DNA from: the human T2T-CHM13v2.0 reference genome, Homo sapiens
NCBI GenBank assembly: GCA_009914755.4
Contig: CP068257.2
Location: 28,768,001 to 28,832,000 of the forward strand
DNA length: 64,000 nucleotides
Reading direction: 5' to 3'
Both the position numbers and the translations under genes were made by a program. Below, one piece after another: positions 13,488 to 25,024 of the stretch. Every line of letters starts with the position of its first letter. The first letter of the stretch is position 1. The notes beneath the pieces are model-generated. The model was not told the DNA's origin. It ran no database searches and saw nothing but the letters and a program-made list of their open reading frames with translations.

Positions 13488-16400
13488 CTAAGTATTTTTA
13501 TGTATTATGTATGTGATGTTTGTATATGAAAAAGACTTAACTAATTGGTTTAATAACAATAAGAGCTTAAATCAAATATTTTGTCAGAAAAGTTAAAAGT
13601 GTAATGCCTTTTGGTTCCCATGACTTAAGTAATCTTTGAGAAATAAAAAACAATTTTAAAGATTATTGGCAAAATAAAAATATCTTCAAAAATGTAAACA
13701 TCTGGTCTAAATCATATACGTCAGCTATTTAGTTTGCTAAATGCTTTAAGGTTATAAACTGCTTATTTGTCTTTTAAAATTGTTCAATTCATTTTGAAGC
13801 ATTAGATTCTAGATAAGGCCTGAGGACATGTGGAATTAGCCGTGCCCCCTAGCTATGCAAGGAAGGCTATAAAGAAAGCTTTTATATAAGAAAGGATGTT
13901 GTACGGTAAATTATTGTCCTAAAGTAAAATAACTGGTTGTTTAAAAAGAGGGATGTTTAGGGCAAGTCAGAAAGTCTAAACATGTTGTACATGGCCTATG
14001 TAAGTCCTGAAAGGATTCGTGAGAGGGAATTTATGCACGAAATGTTGTACATTTAAAAGTGATTAGGCCTCCTAAATGCTTCATAAAAGGCATCTGTGAC
14101 TCTTAAATGTACAATTTGCCTGGTTTACAGCTAGGTAAAGCCTGGGACACATGGAGTTAGACACTAGGAAGAGTCAAACCTTAACTGCACTTCTGTCTGC
14201 TGTCCTAGGCTCCACGCCTAGTACATAATTAAAATCCCGAATTTAACAAAGATTTTCACGAAAAGGAAAAGTTTGTAAGAGTCAACAGTGCAACATGTGT
14301 TTGAGACTACCAAAAAAACCCAATTTTACACACAAGTCATGTCAGGAAAGTAGGATGTACTTTTGGTAAAAGAGTATAAGAAGACATAGAAATGTGAATT
14401 TCTTGCCTATGGTTAGAGAGTTAAGAATTGTTTTAAGCTAAATAGGATAAAGATGAAGGTTTTAGCAAGTTGTGGAAGGTTTGTGAAAATGAAAAATTAA
14501 TTGTAAAAGAGATTCTGTGTGTGAACATATTGGCTAAAGTTAAAGGGGCATTACTCAGTTTTTCCATAAATTAAACATTGGAATAAAAGCACAGCAGGTT
14601 GTTCCTAAAGCAAAAGCCTGCATATAATCTGCTCTTTAACAAACATTGTAAAGAATTTAAAAAGGTTTATGAGGATCTTACCTTATGGTCAAACTGATTA
14701 CAATTGGATAGATTTATTTATATAAGGTTTTATAAAGAATTGGGTTTGACATCAATAATGCGTTAATGCAACAGTGACATTTGGCTTATTTGGTATAAAA
14801 ATTATACGAAAAGCATTCTCAAATGTGAAATGGTGTTTGGCTTTCTTTGGGCTGTATTTGCATAAATGTTTCATTGGTATATGTTCCAAAATAATGGGAA
14901 AGCCCTATAATTCTAATATGACTTAGTATATATTATTAATAATTATAATTGTCATTGTATGGCACAGAGGTAACCAAATTTCTCTGTCAATCATGTTTTT
15001 GACTGTGGCTGTCCTAAGACGTTTTGTCACCTACAGATAATTGTTGTCTCATTTTAGTCCTCTTTAGAAGGTGGTTTTATAGTCAGCTACAGAACTCCAA
15101 CAGGTACACTTGAATACAGATTTCTGATAACTTTAGAGACTGTGACATCAGAACAGAGAAAACAACTTCCAGAAGTCTCATGGAGAGCTAAAATGTTCAT
15201 GAATATCAAGCAGAACAGAAATTAACTTCATGGAATAAACTGAAGAAGTCTAAAGTAATCCGTTTATCTTTTTGCTTAAAACATTGCTGATTCTTTGTTT
15301 TGTTTTTCAGAATGAAGGAAATTTTTCTTTAGAGCTATTTACAGCCTTTGACAATTGAGTAGAGTATACTCCTGTGAACAAAATTTGGAGCATATTTGTT
15401 TCTCTCTAGCTGATTTCTCCAGAATTTGGAAACACATATTTGTGAGTATTCTTAATTTATGGTTATATGGTTATTTGCATAAGTTCAGTAAGAATCTGTT
15501 TTCTTTTGCAGCAGGACACCATTGGAGAAACTGGTTATTTTACCACAGCTTTGTCTGGAATGGTGTGTTTTCCTTTAAGGAATCAAACTTGACTTGTAAA
15601 GCCTATAAAAGCCCCTGGGAACCTGGCCTTACACCTTGTCTACCATAGTCCCTTATAGGGTTTGTGACCTGTGGTAAGTGAAGAATGTCACTCTCTAACA
15701 GGTCCAGGAGCCCCAAGTTATCTTGGGACCCCAAGAGGAGAGGAATTTACTCAACTCATAGATATTTGAAGGTGCAAACCCATGTCTGGGCTGGGCTCTT
15801 AAAAAGTCTTACCTACGAGTCCTTCTATGGAGCAGAGTTCCATCAAAGACAATTTAAAAAGAGTTTATGTAACAAAATAATTATTCTTTCTGCCATTTAT
15901 ACAAATAATCAGGCCAAGTATAATAAAGCCAATAAGTCTTATCATGATTTGTCTTTAGTAAAAATGAAAAACTGGAGAGAGAAATATTATGTTTCCAGAA
16001 CTATGGTACAGTTGTTATTAAATTCTCATCTCATCAGTTGTTTATAACTTTGTTTCTGCAATGTAGGCTAACCCTACTTATTCTTGCGTACCAACCAGTG
16101 ATCTCTAACTGCTGCTCAGAAAAAACAAGAAGGATGGGTAATGTAAAAATCTAAATCAGTTAATTCTGGGCACATTGCAAATAGCTAGCAACCCCACATC
16201 AGCTTGGTTCCACCTGTTGCCCAGTTCATGAAAAGTCTTCTAATTTAGTTTGTTTGGGATAATTTTACTTGTTTTGCTTTATTCTTGTGGAATATATTGC
16301 TGTTGTACTCTTGGTATAGGAATGCAGAATAAGCTTACTAAATGTTTTCTTAAATTGAACACTTAATTAATCTCCCAGATATCACCTTTTGTCAGAACTC

Positions 16401-16599
16401 AAGAGTTATAAATGACCCTCAGCATACCAACTCTTTCTAACTGAGCTCCTCTCTACCCTGAACACAAGAGACCCTAATGGTTAGGCAGGAATATCATCGC
16501 CCGTATTCAGCCTGAAGATGTTACAGAAGATGGATCTTCATCCCTCAGCAACCCTTAGGATTAAGAGTTTTCTTATAAAAGTGGGGGAAATAGCAGAGG

Positions 16600-17129
16600 C
16601 GTTTGAAGCAGAGCTACTCCATCTTGAATAGGAGCTGGGTTAAATAAGGGTGAGATCTACTGGGCTGCATTTCCAGATGGTTAAGGCACTCTAAGTCTCA
16701 GGATGAGACAGGAAGTTGGCACAAGATACAGGTTATAAAGACCTTGCTGATAAAACAGGTTGCAGTAAAGATGCCAGCTAAAACCCAGCAAAACCAAAAT
16801 GGAGACGAGAGTGACCTCTGGTCATACTCACTGCTACATTCCCACCAGCGCCATGACAGTTTACGGATGCCATGGAAGCATCAGGAAGTTACCCTTTATG
16901 GTCTAAAAAGGGGAGACAGGAATAATTCACCCCTTGTCTAGCATATACTCAAGAAATTACCATAAAAATGGGCAACCAGCAGCCCTCGGGGCTGCTCTGC
17001 CTATGGAGTAGCCGTTCTTTTATTCCTTTGCTTTCCTAATAAACTTGCTTTCACTTTAAAGACTTGTCCTGAATTCTTTCTTGTGCAAGATCTAATAACT
17101 CTCTCTTGCGTCTGGATTGGGACCTCTTT
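16600..17129 (+). repeat. 3' LTR of the element (upstream boundary approximate; preceded by purine-rich aaagtgggggaaatag)
   Basis: 16978-17129 aligns to the 5' LTR. The upstream boundary is inferred from the ggaggcatttgaa/agaggcgtttgaa match and a polypurine-tract-like run. Confidence 0.5.
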
Positions 17130-17570
17130 CAGGTGTCCATCAGCAGTGGATTGGATAAAGAAAATATGGTACGTATACACGATGAAATACTTAGAGCCAT
17201 AAAAAAGAACAAAATCAAGTTCTTTGCAGCATCAGGAATGCAGCTGGAGGCTATCATCCTAAGTGAATTTAAAGCAGGAACAAAAAAAACAAATACCATA
17301 TCTTGTTACTTACAAGTGGGAGTTAAACATTTGGTACTTATGGGCATGCAGATGGCTACAATAAACAATGGGAACTTCTAGAGTGGGGAGAGAAGAAAGG
17401 GGCAAGGATTAAAAACTGGTTGGGTACTATACTCAGTACCTAAGTGATGGGATCAATTGTACCCCAACCCTCAGCATCATGCAATATACCCATGTTATCA
17501 ACCTGCACATGTGTCACTTGAATCTAAGATAAAAGTTGATTTTTTATTTTCAAAAAAGAAGGCGAACAAT
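17130..17570 (+). mobile_element. 3' end of the interrupted L1 (ORF2 C-terminus + 3'UTR + A-rich tail)
   Basis: Translation gives …MVRIHDEILRAIKKNKIKFFAASGMQLEAIILSEFKAGTKKTNTISCYLQ…, matching the L1 ORF2 end (…WHIYTMEYYAAIKK.EFMSFAGTWM.LE.IILSKL…); 3'UTR ends at ttttattttcaaaaaagaag. Confidence 0.85.
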
Positions 17571-17599
17571 ACATAGGAAATTACCAATACTAATAACTA

Positions 17600-18470
17600 C
17601 TTTGGGAATACGTAAAAAAATTCAACTTTAGTATCAATAAAAATATAACAATAATGAGGGAAAAATAAACACTAAACAAAAGATTCCATGGGTATGGCCA
17701 ATAAACATAAAAAAGGTGTATAAAAATCACTAGTCACCAAATAAATGCAACTTAAAACCACAGTGAGATGCCACTTAGCAAATGGCTGAAAGAAATATGG
17801 CAAATGTTGGTGACGATGGAGTTCGTAGGCGTCTAGGAAATTGCTGGTGGGATAGTAAAATAATGAAACTAACTTTGGAAAACTGTTTGGCAATTTCTAA
17901 TTTAGTTGAGCATATGCCGACTCTATGGTCCAGAAATTTCATTCATGGTTTTCTTCCCCCCGAGAAAAAACTAAAAACATATGTTCACAAAAAGAAACTG
18001 GAACAATCAATATTCATTGTGCTCTATTTTTTAAATCTTGAGAAAATTTGATGTCAGTCAATAGATGAAAGAATACACACATTGTGATATTATTAACAAA
18101 AGGGAATATACGGCACCAATAAAATGAATAAAACATATCACCACATGAAGCTTTTCGAAAACATTAAGTTGAGTGAAAAAAGATGCATATGATAAAAAAA
18201 ATGTATGATTTCATTTTTATGAAGTTCTAGAAGAAGCAAGTTAATGTATGGTGATAGCAATCACTACAGTAGCTGTGTCTGGGGTCAGGAATTGATTTAA
18301 GAAAGGAACATGAGTGAATTTTCTGGAGTGAAGAAATTTTCTGTATTTTGATCAGGTAGTCATTACACAGGTGTGTATATTCATCAAAGACAACAAGCTC
18401 TACCCTTTGAAATATGTGCATTTCATGGTATGTAAATATTGATTGAATAAAAAATATTATTTAAAAACAG
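17600..18470 (+). mobile_element. Second, separate L1 ORF2 3' fragment
   Basis: …cactagtcaccaaataaatgcaacttaaaaccacagtgagatgccacttagcaaatggctgaaagaaa… is the L1 ORF2 motif (IREMQIKTTMRYHLTPVRMA); it duplicates a region already present at ~11540, so it is an independent copy. Confidence 0.7.
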
Positions 18471-18604
18471 AGGTATTCTTATAGATATACCTCTGCTTAA
18501 AAATATTTAATGGCTTCTTGTTGGTTTTAGAAGAATGTCTGCAACACCAAATTACAACTCTAAGGACCTGCCTAGAATGGCTCCAAAATACCTCTGTGGC
18601 CTAA

Positions 18605-18981
<377 letters not shown>

Positions 18982-20461
18982 CACATCTCAAAACTTTTGT
19001 CCTAGAAACACTTCTGGTACCACTTACTGATTCCATACTTATTGTTTCAATCTCTTTTAAATGTTAGTCCTCTGAGAAACATTTCCTGACTTCTAAGACT
19101 AAGTAAAGTTCCCTTGATGTATATTATTTTAGCAAAAAACCAGCTCATTATTTTTGTAATTAAACAATTGTTTAATATTTACTTCATCTGTTAGACTTTC
19201 AGCCCAGCTAGAACAGAGACCACGCGTTTTCTTAATTCATTTATTATGGAGTAATGAATGAATATAATCTTATTTTTAAAAATATATTCAGCAATATATT
19301 TCCACAGCAAAGATTCTGGTTCATGGTAAAGGCTGAATAAATATATTGTGAAAAAGGGTGGTACTGACAAAACATTTGACGATGTATTCTGAGACATGAC
19401 TAATAAAAAACAGTCAAACAAACATGGGGTCAGGGTGTTGAGGAGGACAAAGCTGCTCTCTGTAGCCACTCATGAGGTATGCATTAATGAATAGAAATTG
19501 TTGAAATCAAATGCCTAGAAATGATTTGTGAGAGAATTTCCTGGAAAACTGGTTACATTAAGTCTTGGAAATCAGAACTGCAAACCAGTTGGTAGGCAGA
19601 TGACCAGTAGCTTCTAAGATTATAATTGCATGGGCAGTAGTTGCTTGGGAACTAAACTCCTGGGTTCAAAATGCATAGCGCAAGCATCTGTCAAAGTATG
19701 CAGCAGGAGGAAGCTGGAAGAATGGAGGCAACTAGATGTAGTCCAAATAAGTGCCAGCCGATTTCCTGTTAATCATGTAGAATGGGATCAACTTGGTGAC
19801 AATCAGAAGACTGTAATTCACTATGCTATATGCAGTTGCTGAAATAGAGAATAAAAGCTGCATTCTGGGAAATTTAGAGTGTTGCTAGAGATTTGGAATG
19901 GGAGAGGGTGGATGTTTCCTAACTGGTAATGACATGATATCAACTCAGGAGTTACAAGTCTCTCGTGATAAAATAATAAAACTTTCTTGTTTTGACTATC
20001 AGCTAGAAATGGTACCTTTATATAATAACCGGGGCAATTGTGGTATAAGTTCAGAGTCCCCATCATTGAGTTTTGATCATTTGTTTGTGAGCACTCTATT
20101 ATACTGCTATCTATCTGTGATCAATCTATCTTTGAGTTATTTTCTAAATTTGCATGTTTACTAGTTTTGGTAGGCAGAATAATGGCTCCTAAAAGATGTT
20201 CAAATTCTAAATTCTGGAATTTGTAAATATGTTCCTTCACATGGCAAAGAAGAATTAAAGTTACAGATGAAATTAAGCTTGCTAAAACAGGGTGAGTATC
20301 TTGGATTACCCAGCCGAACCCAATGTAATTGTAAGTATGAAGTGGGAGGTAAAGGCAGAAAAGTAGGTCTAAGCGATCCACTATGAAAATGATTGGACTC
20401 ACCACTGCTGTCTTTGGAGACAGAGGAATGGGACCATGAACCAAAAAATGTAGGTGGCCTC

Positions 20462-20960
20462 TAGAACATCCATCTCCAAACTTTTTGGTACCAGGGACAG
20501 GTTTCCTGAAAGAGTTTTTCCACAGATTGGAGCAGGTGGGGAGGGATGGTTTGGGGATGATTCAAGCACATTCCATTTATTGTGCACTTTATTTCTATTA
20601 TTATTACATTGTAATATATCATGAAATAACAATACAACTCACCAGAATGTAGAACTGGTGGGAGACCTGGGCTCGTTTTTCTGCAAATAGATGGTCCCAT
20701 CTTCAGATGATGGAAGACAGATCATCAGGCATTAGATTCTCATAAGGAATGCGCAACCAAGATCTCTCGCATGTGCAGTTCACAACAGGGTTTGTGCTCT
20801 GATGAGAATCTAATGCTACTGCTGATCTGACAGGAGGTGGAGCTCAGGCAGTAACAATTGCTCAACTGCCACTCACCTCCTGCTGGGCTGCCTGGTTCCT
20901 AACATGCCATGGACCAGTACCAGTTCATGGCCCGGAGGTTGGGGACACCTTCTCTAGAAT
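20462..20960. mobile_element. MER1-type (hAT-Charlie) non-autonomous DNA-transposon relic
   Basis: Termini …ctttttggtaccagggacaggtttcc… and …ggttcctaacatgccatggaccagtaccagttcatggcccggaggttggggacacc, plus internal cagatcatcaggcattagattctcataagga…gcgcaaccaagatctctcgcatgtgcagttcacaacagggtt. These match my recalled MER1A/B consensus. Confidence 0.55.
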
Positions 20961-22002
20961 CTGTAAAAAGCAAGGAAATAGATTCTCCCTTAGAGCCTCT
21001 GGAAAGAAACTCAGCCCTGCTAATACTTTGATTTAGCCCAGTGAGGTCATCAATTCATCAGATTTTGACCTACAGAATTAAAAGATAATAAATTTGTATT
21101 GCTTAAAACTCTAAGTTTAATCTAATTTGCTATGGCAGTAATAGGAAACCAAGATTAAAGTGTATTCCTGAAAGCCAGAAAACCATTCCTGCATCTGCAA
21201 TTTGGAGACAGTAACAGAGGAAACCTCAGCCTGGCCAATAAGCTATAGGTGCTCCTCATTAAACCCTTACCATTGCCTATGTTTTGGGGATATAAGGCTT
21301 GATCATTACTCTTGAGTAAATATTATGAGCATGGGACTAACTAGAATCACTAAAATTCAAAAAATCCATGAAGTTATAAAAAGGACCAAGTTTATAGAGG
21401 ATTTCACAGTTTGTCATTTTAATTTTTGTAACTCAATCACTGATAATTTTTCCTATGCATTTTCTTTCATTATTCCTTATTTCTTTCCTCTAACTATATA
21501 AGCACCATGACTATTTCCTAAACATGATGGAGGAGAAGGAGGAGGGAGAAGAAGAAGAAGAGGAAAATAGGGAGCAAATGACGGAAGTGAGGAGATAAGA
21601 GAAAATGTCACAGCTGGATAGATCCAATAAAATAAATTGGGTGGAATAAAGTAGTTCTACTCACAGCTCTACAATAACTTGCTGAGTAACATTTTAAAAT
21701 TCTATCTAACGCTACTGTTTCCATTTCCACCTCTGTAGAATAAGAATATTGAAGTCGATGAACTCTACAGCTCTCTTTATATTTCATATTTTATCACATT
21801 CGCAGTAAAAGAGGAAGAGAACATGATGAGATGACTGTTATGTACTTATAAGACTAAGTTTTTTGCGAAGTGTCTAATAATCTGCATTATATTTCTAATT
21901 TCAGAGAATGTTAGAAGATCTTATAAAATAAAGAATAGGAAAATACTTGAACATTGCTTGTTTTATATAAATATTATGTCTCCCATTACCATCGTATTGT
22001 CT

Positions 22003-22123
22003 TAGTACCTTACTTTTTATAACACTTGGATGTAAGAGAGCAGAACAGCATAAGTACAGTCTATCCAATTTTATTTCAAGATACGACAAAAAACAATCAT
22101 TTTTGATGATAGTAAAGGCTTCA
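22003..22123 (+). repeat. Copy 1 of a local ~120-bp duplication (copy 2 at 22533-22680)
   Basis: cttagtaccttactttttataacacttggatgtaagagagcagaacagcataagtacagtctatccaattttatttcaagatac…caatcatttttgatgatagtaaaggcttcagag vs copy 2, ~88% identical. Confidence 0.8.
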
Positions 22124-22532
22124 GAGTTTTCAATTAGATTCAGTTTATATTTTGGCAAAGAACCCAGGTACAACTAACACCTGCTGAGCCTACTTCCTTC
22201 CCATCAAAGTTTGTTGCCTGCCTTTTTAAACAAATGGAGATCATTTGAGCAGATTGAAAACAGTAATTGGGGTTCAGGGATTTAGCTAATTAAAAATAAG
22301 TGATACTCCTGCACTATGATACCTGAAGCTCATAGGTGCTCTTTTCTAAACATTTACATCCATGTGTTAGTCTTCCATTTTAATATACTTCATGAACAGG
22401 CCTAATCATATAAGTATGAATTTTGTTCATGTACTCTTCAAACTTTTCTGTTACATTCTGTCCTTAGAGATGCATGGCATATTCAAGGAATGAACAAGGA
22501 TAGTCAATGCTCTTAATACTATCAGTAACTTA

Positions 22533-22680
22533 CTTTTTATAACGCTTTGATGTGAGAGAACAGAACAGTATAAATACAGCCTATCCAATTTTATTTCAAG
22601 ATACAACCCAAACAATCATTTTTGATGATTCTGATGAAAGGTTATCATCAAAAATGATAGCAAAGGCTATCTTAACTATC
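22533..22680 (+). repeat. Copy 2 of the local duplication, carrying a 29-bp insertion that creates a perfect 15-bp inverted repeat (atcatttttgatgat / atcatcaaaaatgat, 14-bp loop, ~22615-22660)
   Basis: Direct comparison with copy 1: caatcatttttgatgat[tctgatgaaaggttatcatcaaaaatgat]agcaaaggct. Confidence 0.8.
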
Positions 22681-22906
22681 CTGACGAGGATACTTAAGAG
22701 AAAGGCTATCCTTGGAAACTGTGAGAATCCCGGAAACTCCTGCTTAAAGAGGAGGAAAATATCTAAAGCCCAACCAAAATTAGTGTGGAGATCCCACAAT
22801 CTGGGCATTGCAAAGCCCATTACCAGAAGCAATGACAATGCACATCCTAGACAATGCTTTACTAATAAATAGCAATATTAACAGCACATTTGGACAGAAG
22901 AATAAA

Positions 22907-22914
22907 GAGTTTAT
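22907..22914 (-). other. Putative polyadenylation signal (AATAAA on minus strand) for KRTAP13-3
   Basis: Plus strand agagtttattaaaataaaatc, i.e. minus strand gattttattttaataaactct, ~360 nt downstream of the stop codon. Confidence 0.45.
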
Positions 22915-23004
22915 TAAAATAAAATCTTTTTCACTTCCTATCTCTTTTGGAAAGAAATACAAAAACTATAAATTATATCTATAATGCAGTTTGGATCACT
23001 CATT

Positions 23005-23074
23005 GATCCAATGGCTTCAGATATCTGAATTATAAAATCCATGCCTTCCCTTCCCAGAGTTATAGATCCAGATT
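23005..23074 (+). repeat. Inverted-duplicate copy (arm A) of the KRTAP13-3 C-terminal coding segment, located in the gene's 3' flank/UTR
   Basis: gatccaatggcttcagatatctgaattataaaatccatgccttcccttcccagagttatagatccagatt is the reverse complement (66/70) of 23352-23421, which lies inside the CDS. Confidence 0.85.
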
Positions 23075-23270
23075 GATCCAGTTATAGATTATTCATTGAT
23101 CCAAACTGCAGTTTGACAGAACTAACATACAACCCAGTTTTTGAGGGCTGGAAAGTAAGGAAGACCTGGTGATCAATAATATTAGAATACTTCTCAAAGG
23201 AAGAAATTAACAGATGACCTTACTAAAGAATATGCATTTCTCAAATGAGTTTTACCAGTCACCACATTAG

Positions 23271-23789
23271 TCAGTAGAAACCAGATCTACAGAATGGCTG
23301 ATAACAAGATGAATGGAACCACCTTCTAGGTGGAAAATAGATTGGATGGCAGAATCTGGATCTATAACTCTGGGAAGGGGAGGTATGGATTCTATAATTC
23401 AGATATCTGAAGCCATTGGATCCACAGCCCAGTGAGGAGCAGCTCCTGGATCCACAGCTCAGGGAGCAGCAGCTATTGGATCCAAAACCCCGAGACCCAA
23501 CATGCATAGTCAGGCAAGAATTGCAGAGCATGTGAGTCCTGGGGTAGTAGCAGGAGGTGTGGCAGGGGCTGGACTCAACACACAATGTCTGACAGCTGTT
23601 GGGCCTCCAGCAGGTCTCCTGACAGCCCCTATAGAGAGAGGAACCCAGCTGGCAGGTGCTGGGAGAGCAGAGGTCAGTGCTGTAGACCAGGTTGCTGGGG
23701 TAGGAAGAGCCACAGGAGGAGCCTGGGTAGTGCAAGTAACCCCCGTGGGAGCAGGAGGAGAAGTTTCTAGAGCAACAGTTGTAGGACAT
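23271..23789 (-). CDS. KRTAP13-3: Keratin-associated protein 13-3 (high-sulfur KAP), single exon, 172 aa
   Basis: [64 protein letters not shown]…CYQPFCRSGFY is a Cys/Ser-rich KAP13-family protein. Length and sequence match my recollection of KRTAP13-3; paralog assignment within KAP13 is from memory. Confidence 0.8.
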   Translation of the reverse strand: MSYNCCSRNFSSCSHGGYLHYPGSSCGSSYPSNLVYSTDLCSPSTCQLGSSLYRGCQETCWRPNSCQTLCVESSPCHTSCYYPRTHMLCNSCLTMHVGSRGFGSNSCCSLSCGSRSCSSLGCGSNGFRYLNYRIHTSPSQSYRSRFCHPIYFPPRRWFHSSCYQPFCRSGFY

Positions 23790-23859
23790 GTTGACGGGAA
23801 GATGTGAGTTCAGCTGAGTGTACCTGGGAAGATTCTGAGTTTTAACGTGGCATCCTGGA

Positions 23860-23900
23860 CAGTGTCATTTATATCCTCTCAGCAATAGGTGTGGTGCACA
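23860..23900 (-). promoter_or_regulatory. KRTAP13-3 core promoter: TATA box (minus-strand GGATATAAATG, plus coords ~23866-23876) and conserved CACACCTATTGCTGAGAGG block
   Basis: Minus-strand ctgctgtgcaccacacctattgctgagaggatataaatgacac ~75 bp upstream of the ATG; near-identical block upstream of KRTAP13-4. Confidence 0.7.
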
Positions 23901-25024
23901 GCAGAGTCATCCCTCACATTTTTGTGCTCCCTCATTTACATATGTGTAGCTCAGCAATCTTGCCTGTAATCGCATTTGAATACTTTTCCACATGTTGTAT
24001 TTATGCGTGCTATAATTTTGGTGTTATAGCACAAAGCCAATGAACTGCACTTATGCCAGAAATGCTATGACTGTTTCGTATTAATATTTATTTTATTATG
24101 TCTAGGAAAGCACCTCCTTTTCCTCCTAGCATAATTTTCATGTGTCTTGTTATTGGCTGTTATGGGCAATAATTTTCCCTAAACAGTGAGAAATGAGATA
24201 AAGTTACATGTCTTTTTTGTCAATGGATTAGAGACACAACTTTGGCCTTAATGAGAAACCTGCTGAAAACTAAACCTACATGTCACCATCCTTTCTCATT
24301 CCACAAAAGTTTCCTTCATCTATTATGTACTGTTACTCACTGTGTCTCACATCCAGTGTAGAGGGAAAAGTATGAGCCAAGACAAATTGAATAACATTGA
24401 TGCCTATGACCAGAAGGAAACCTGGACAATTATTTGGAGACATGGTGACAGCAAGGGATGGAACTGAGACAATCACAAATGAAAAACAATTCTGGGGCCT
24501 TATGAAGAGAATTAAAGTGTTAAATAAACACACACCATTGAAATGACAGAAAAAAATAAATGAATTTTAGATTCAATGCATCTAATATGAGGCCCATGGT
24601 CCTAAGAGATTCTCATTCATATGTGTGGCAGCCTGGAGAATTCTCATCTCGGATCTTAAATTACAGGAGGCTTAAATAACCAGTGGTCCTACCTGCTGTG
24701 TTCTAAAAGTTAACACTGCATTTTTGGGGAAGCCTTGCTTTCTCTGGGCTGCTCCCAAGCAAAGACTGAGCACAGTGGGATATAGGAATTCCTGGAAGAC
24801 AATTGACGGCCAGCTTTGACTCAGGGTTTCCTCAACGGCCTTAAAGAACTACTGTCTCCTGCATAGGTCTCAAGCACTTCTTTCTCTTTCTCCTTCACTT
24901 GGGCCAGACCTATGTCCAAATCTTACAACTCTCCCAGCCTCTCTCAGGGGAGACTCTGGAAAGAGAAAAAATGCAGAAAATCTGTAAATATTTAATCTTG
25001 TTTATACTTTTTAAAAAGTGATAC

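Larger units (their letters stand above)
11877..17129 (+). mobile_element. Non-coding LTR retroelement (ERV-like, provirus-shaped: LTR–internal–LTR) inserted into the L1 ORF2, flanked by direct repeat AGGTGTC (5-7 bp)
   Basis: Termini 11900-12055 and 16978-17129 align at ~85% identity. Both carry AATAAA (cctaataaatttgctttcact / cctaataaacttgctttcact). L1 sequence resumes exactly after the insert (cctaggtgtc|…|gtgtccatcagc). PBS-like TGGTGACCACAGAAGTGC sits right after the 5' LTR. No gag/pol/env ORFs. Confidence 0.7.

Noticed and set aside
23502-23807. Plus-strand ORFs of 61-101 aa (e.g. MHSQARIAEHVSPGVVAGGVAGAG…) overlapping KRTAP13-3 on the opposite strand. Similar antisense ORFs occur over KRTAP13-4 (28406-28624 -), the pseudogene (34474-34833 +) and KRTAP15-1 (38183-38578 -)
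   Set aside because: Antisense reading of Cys/Ser-rich KAP coding sequence (TGC/AGC codons read as GCA/GCT) naturally yields long Ala/Gly-rich stop-free frames. They have no start context and no homology; I treat them as compositional artefacts.
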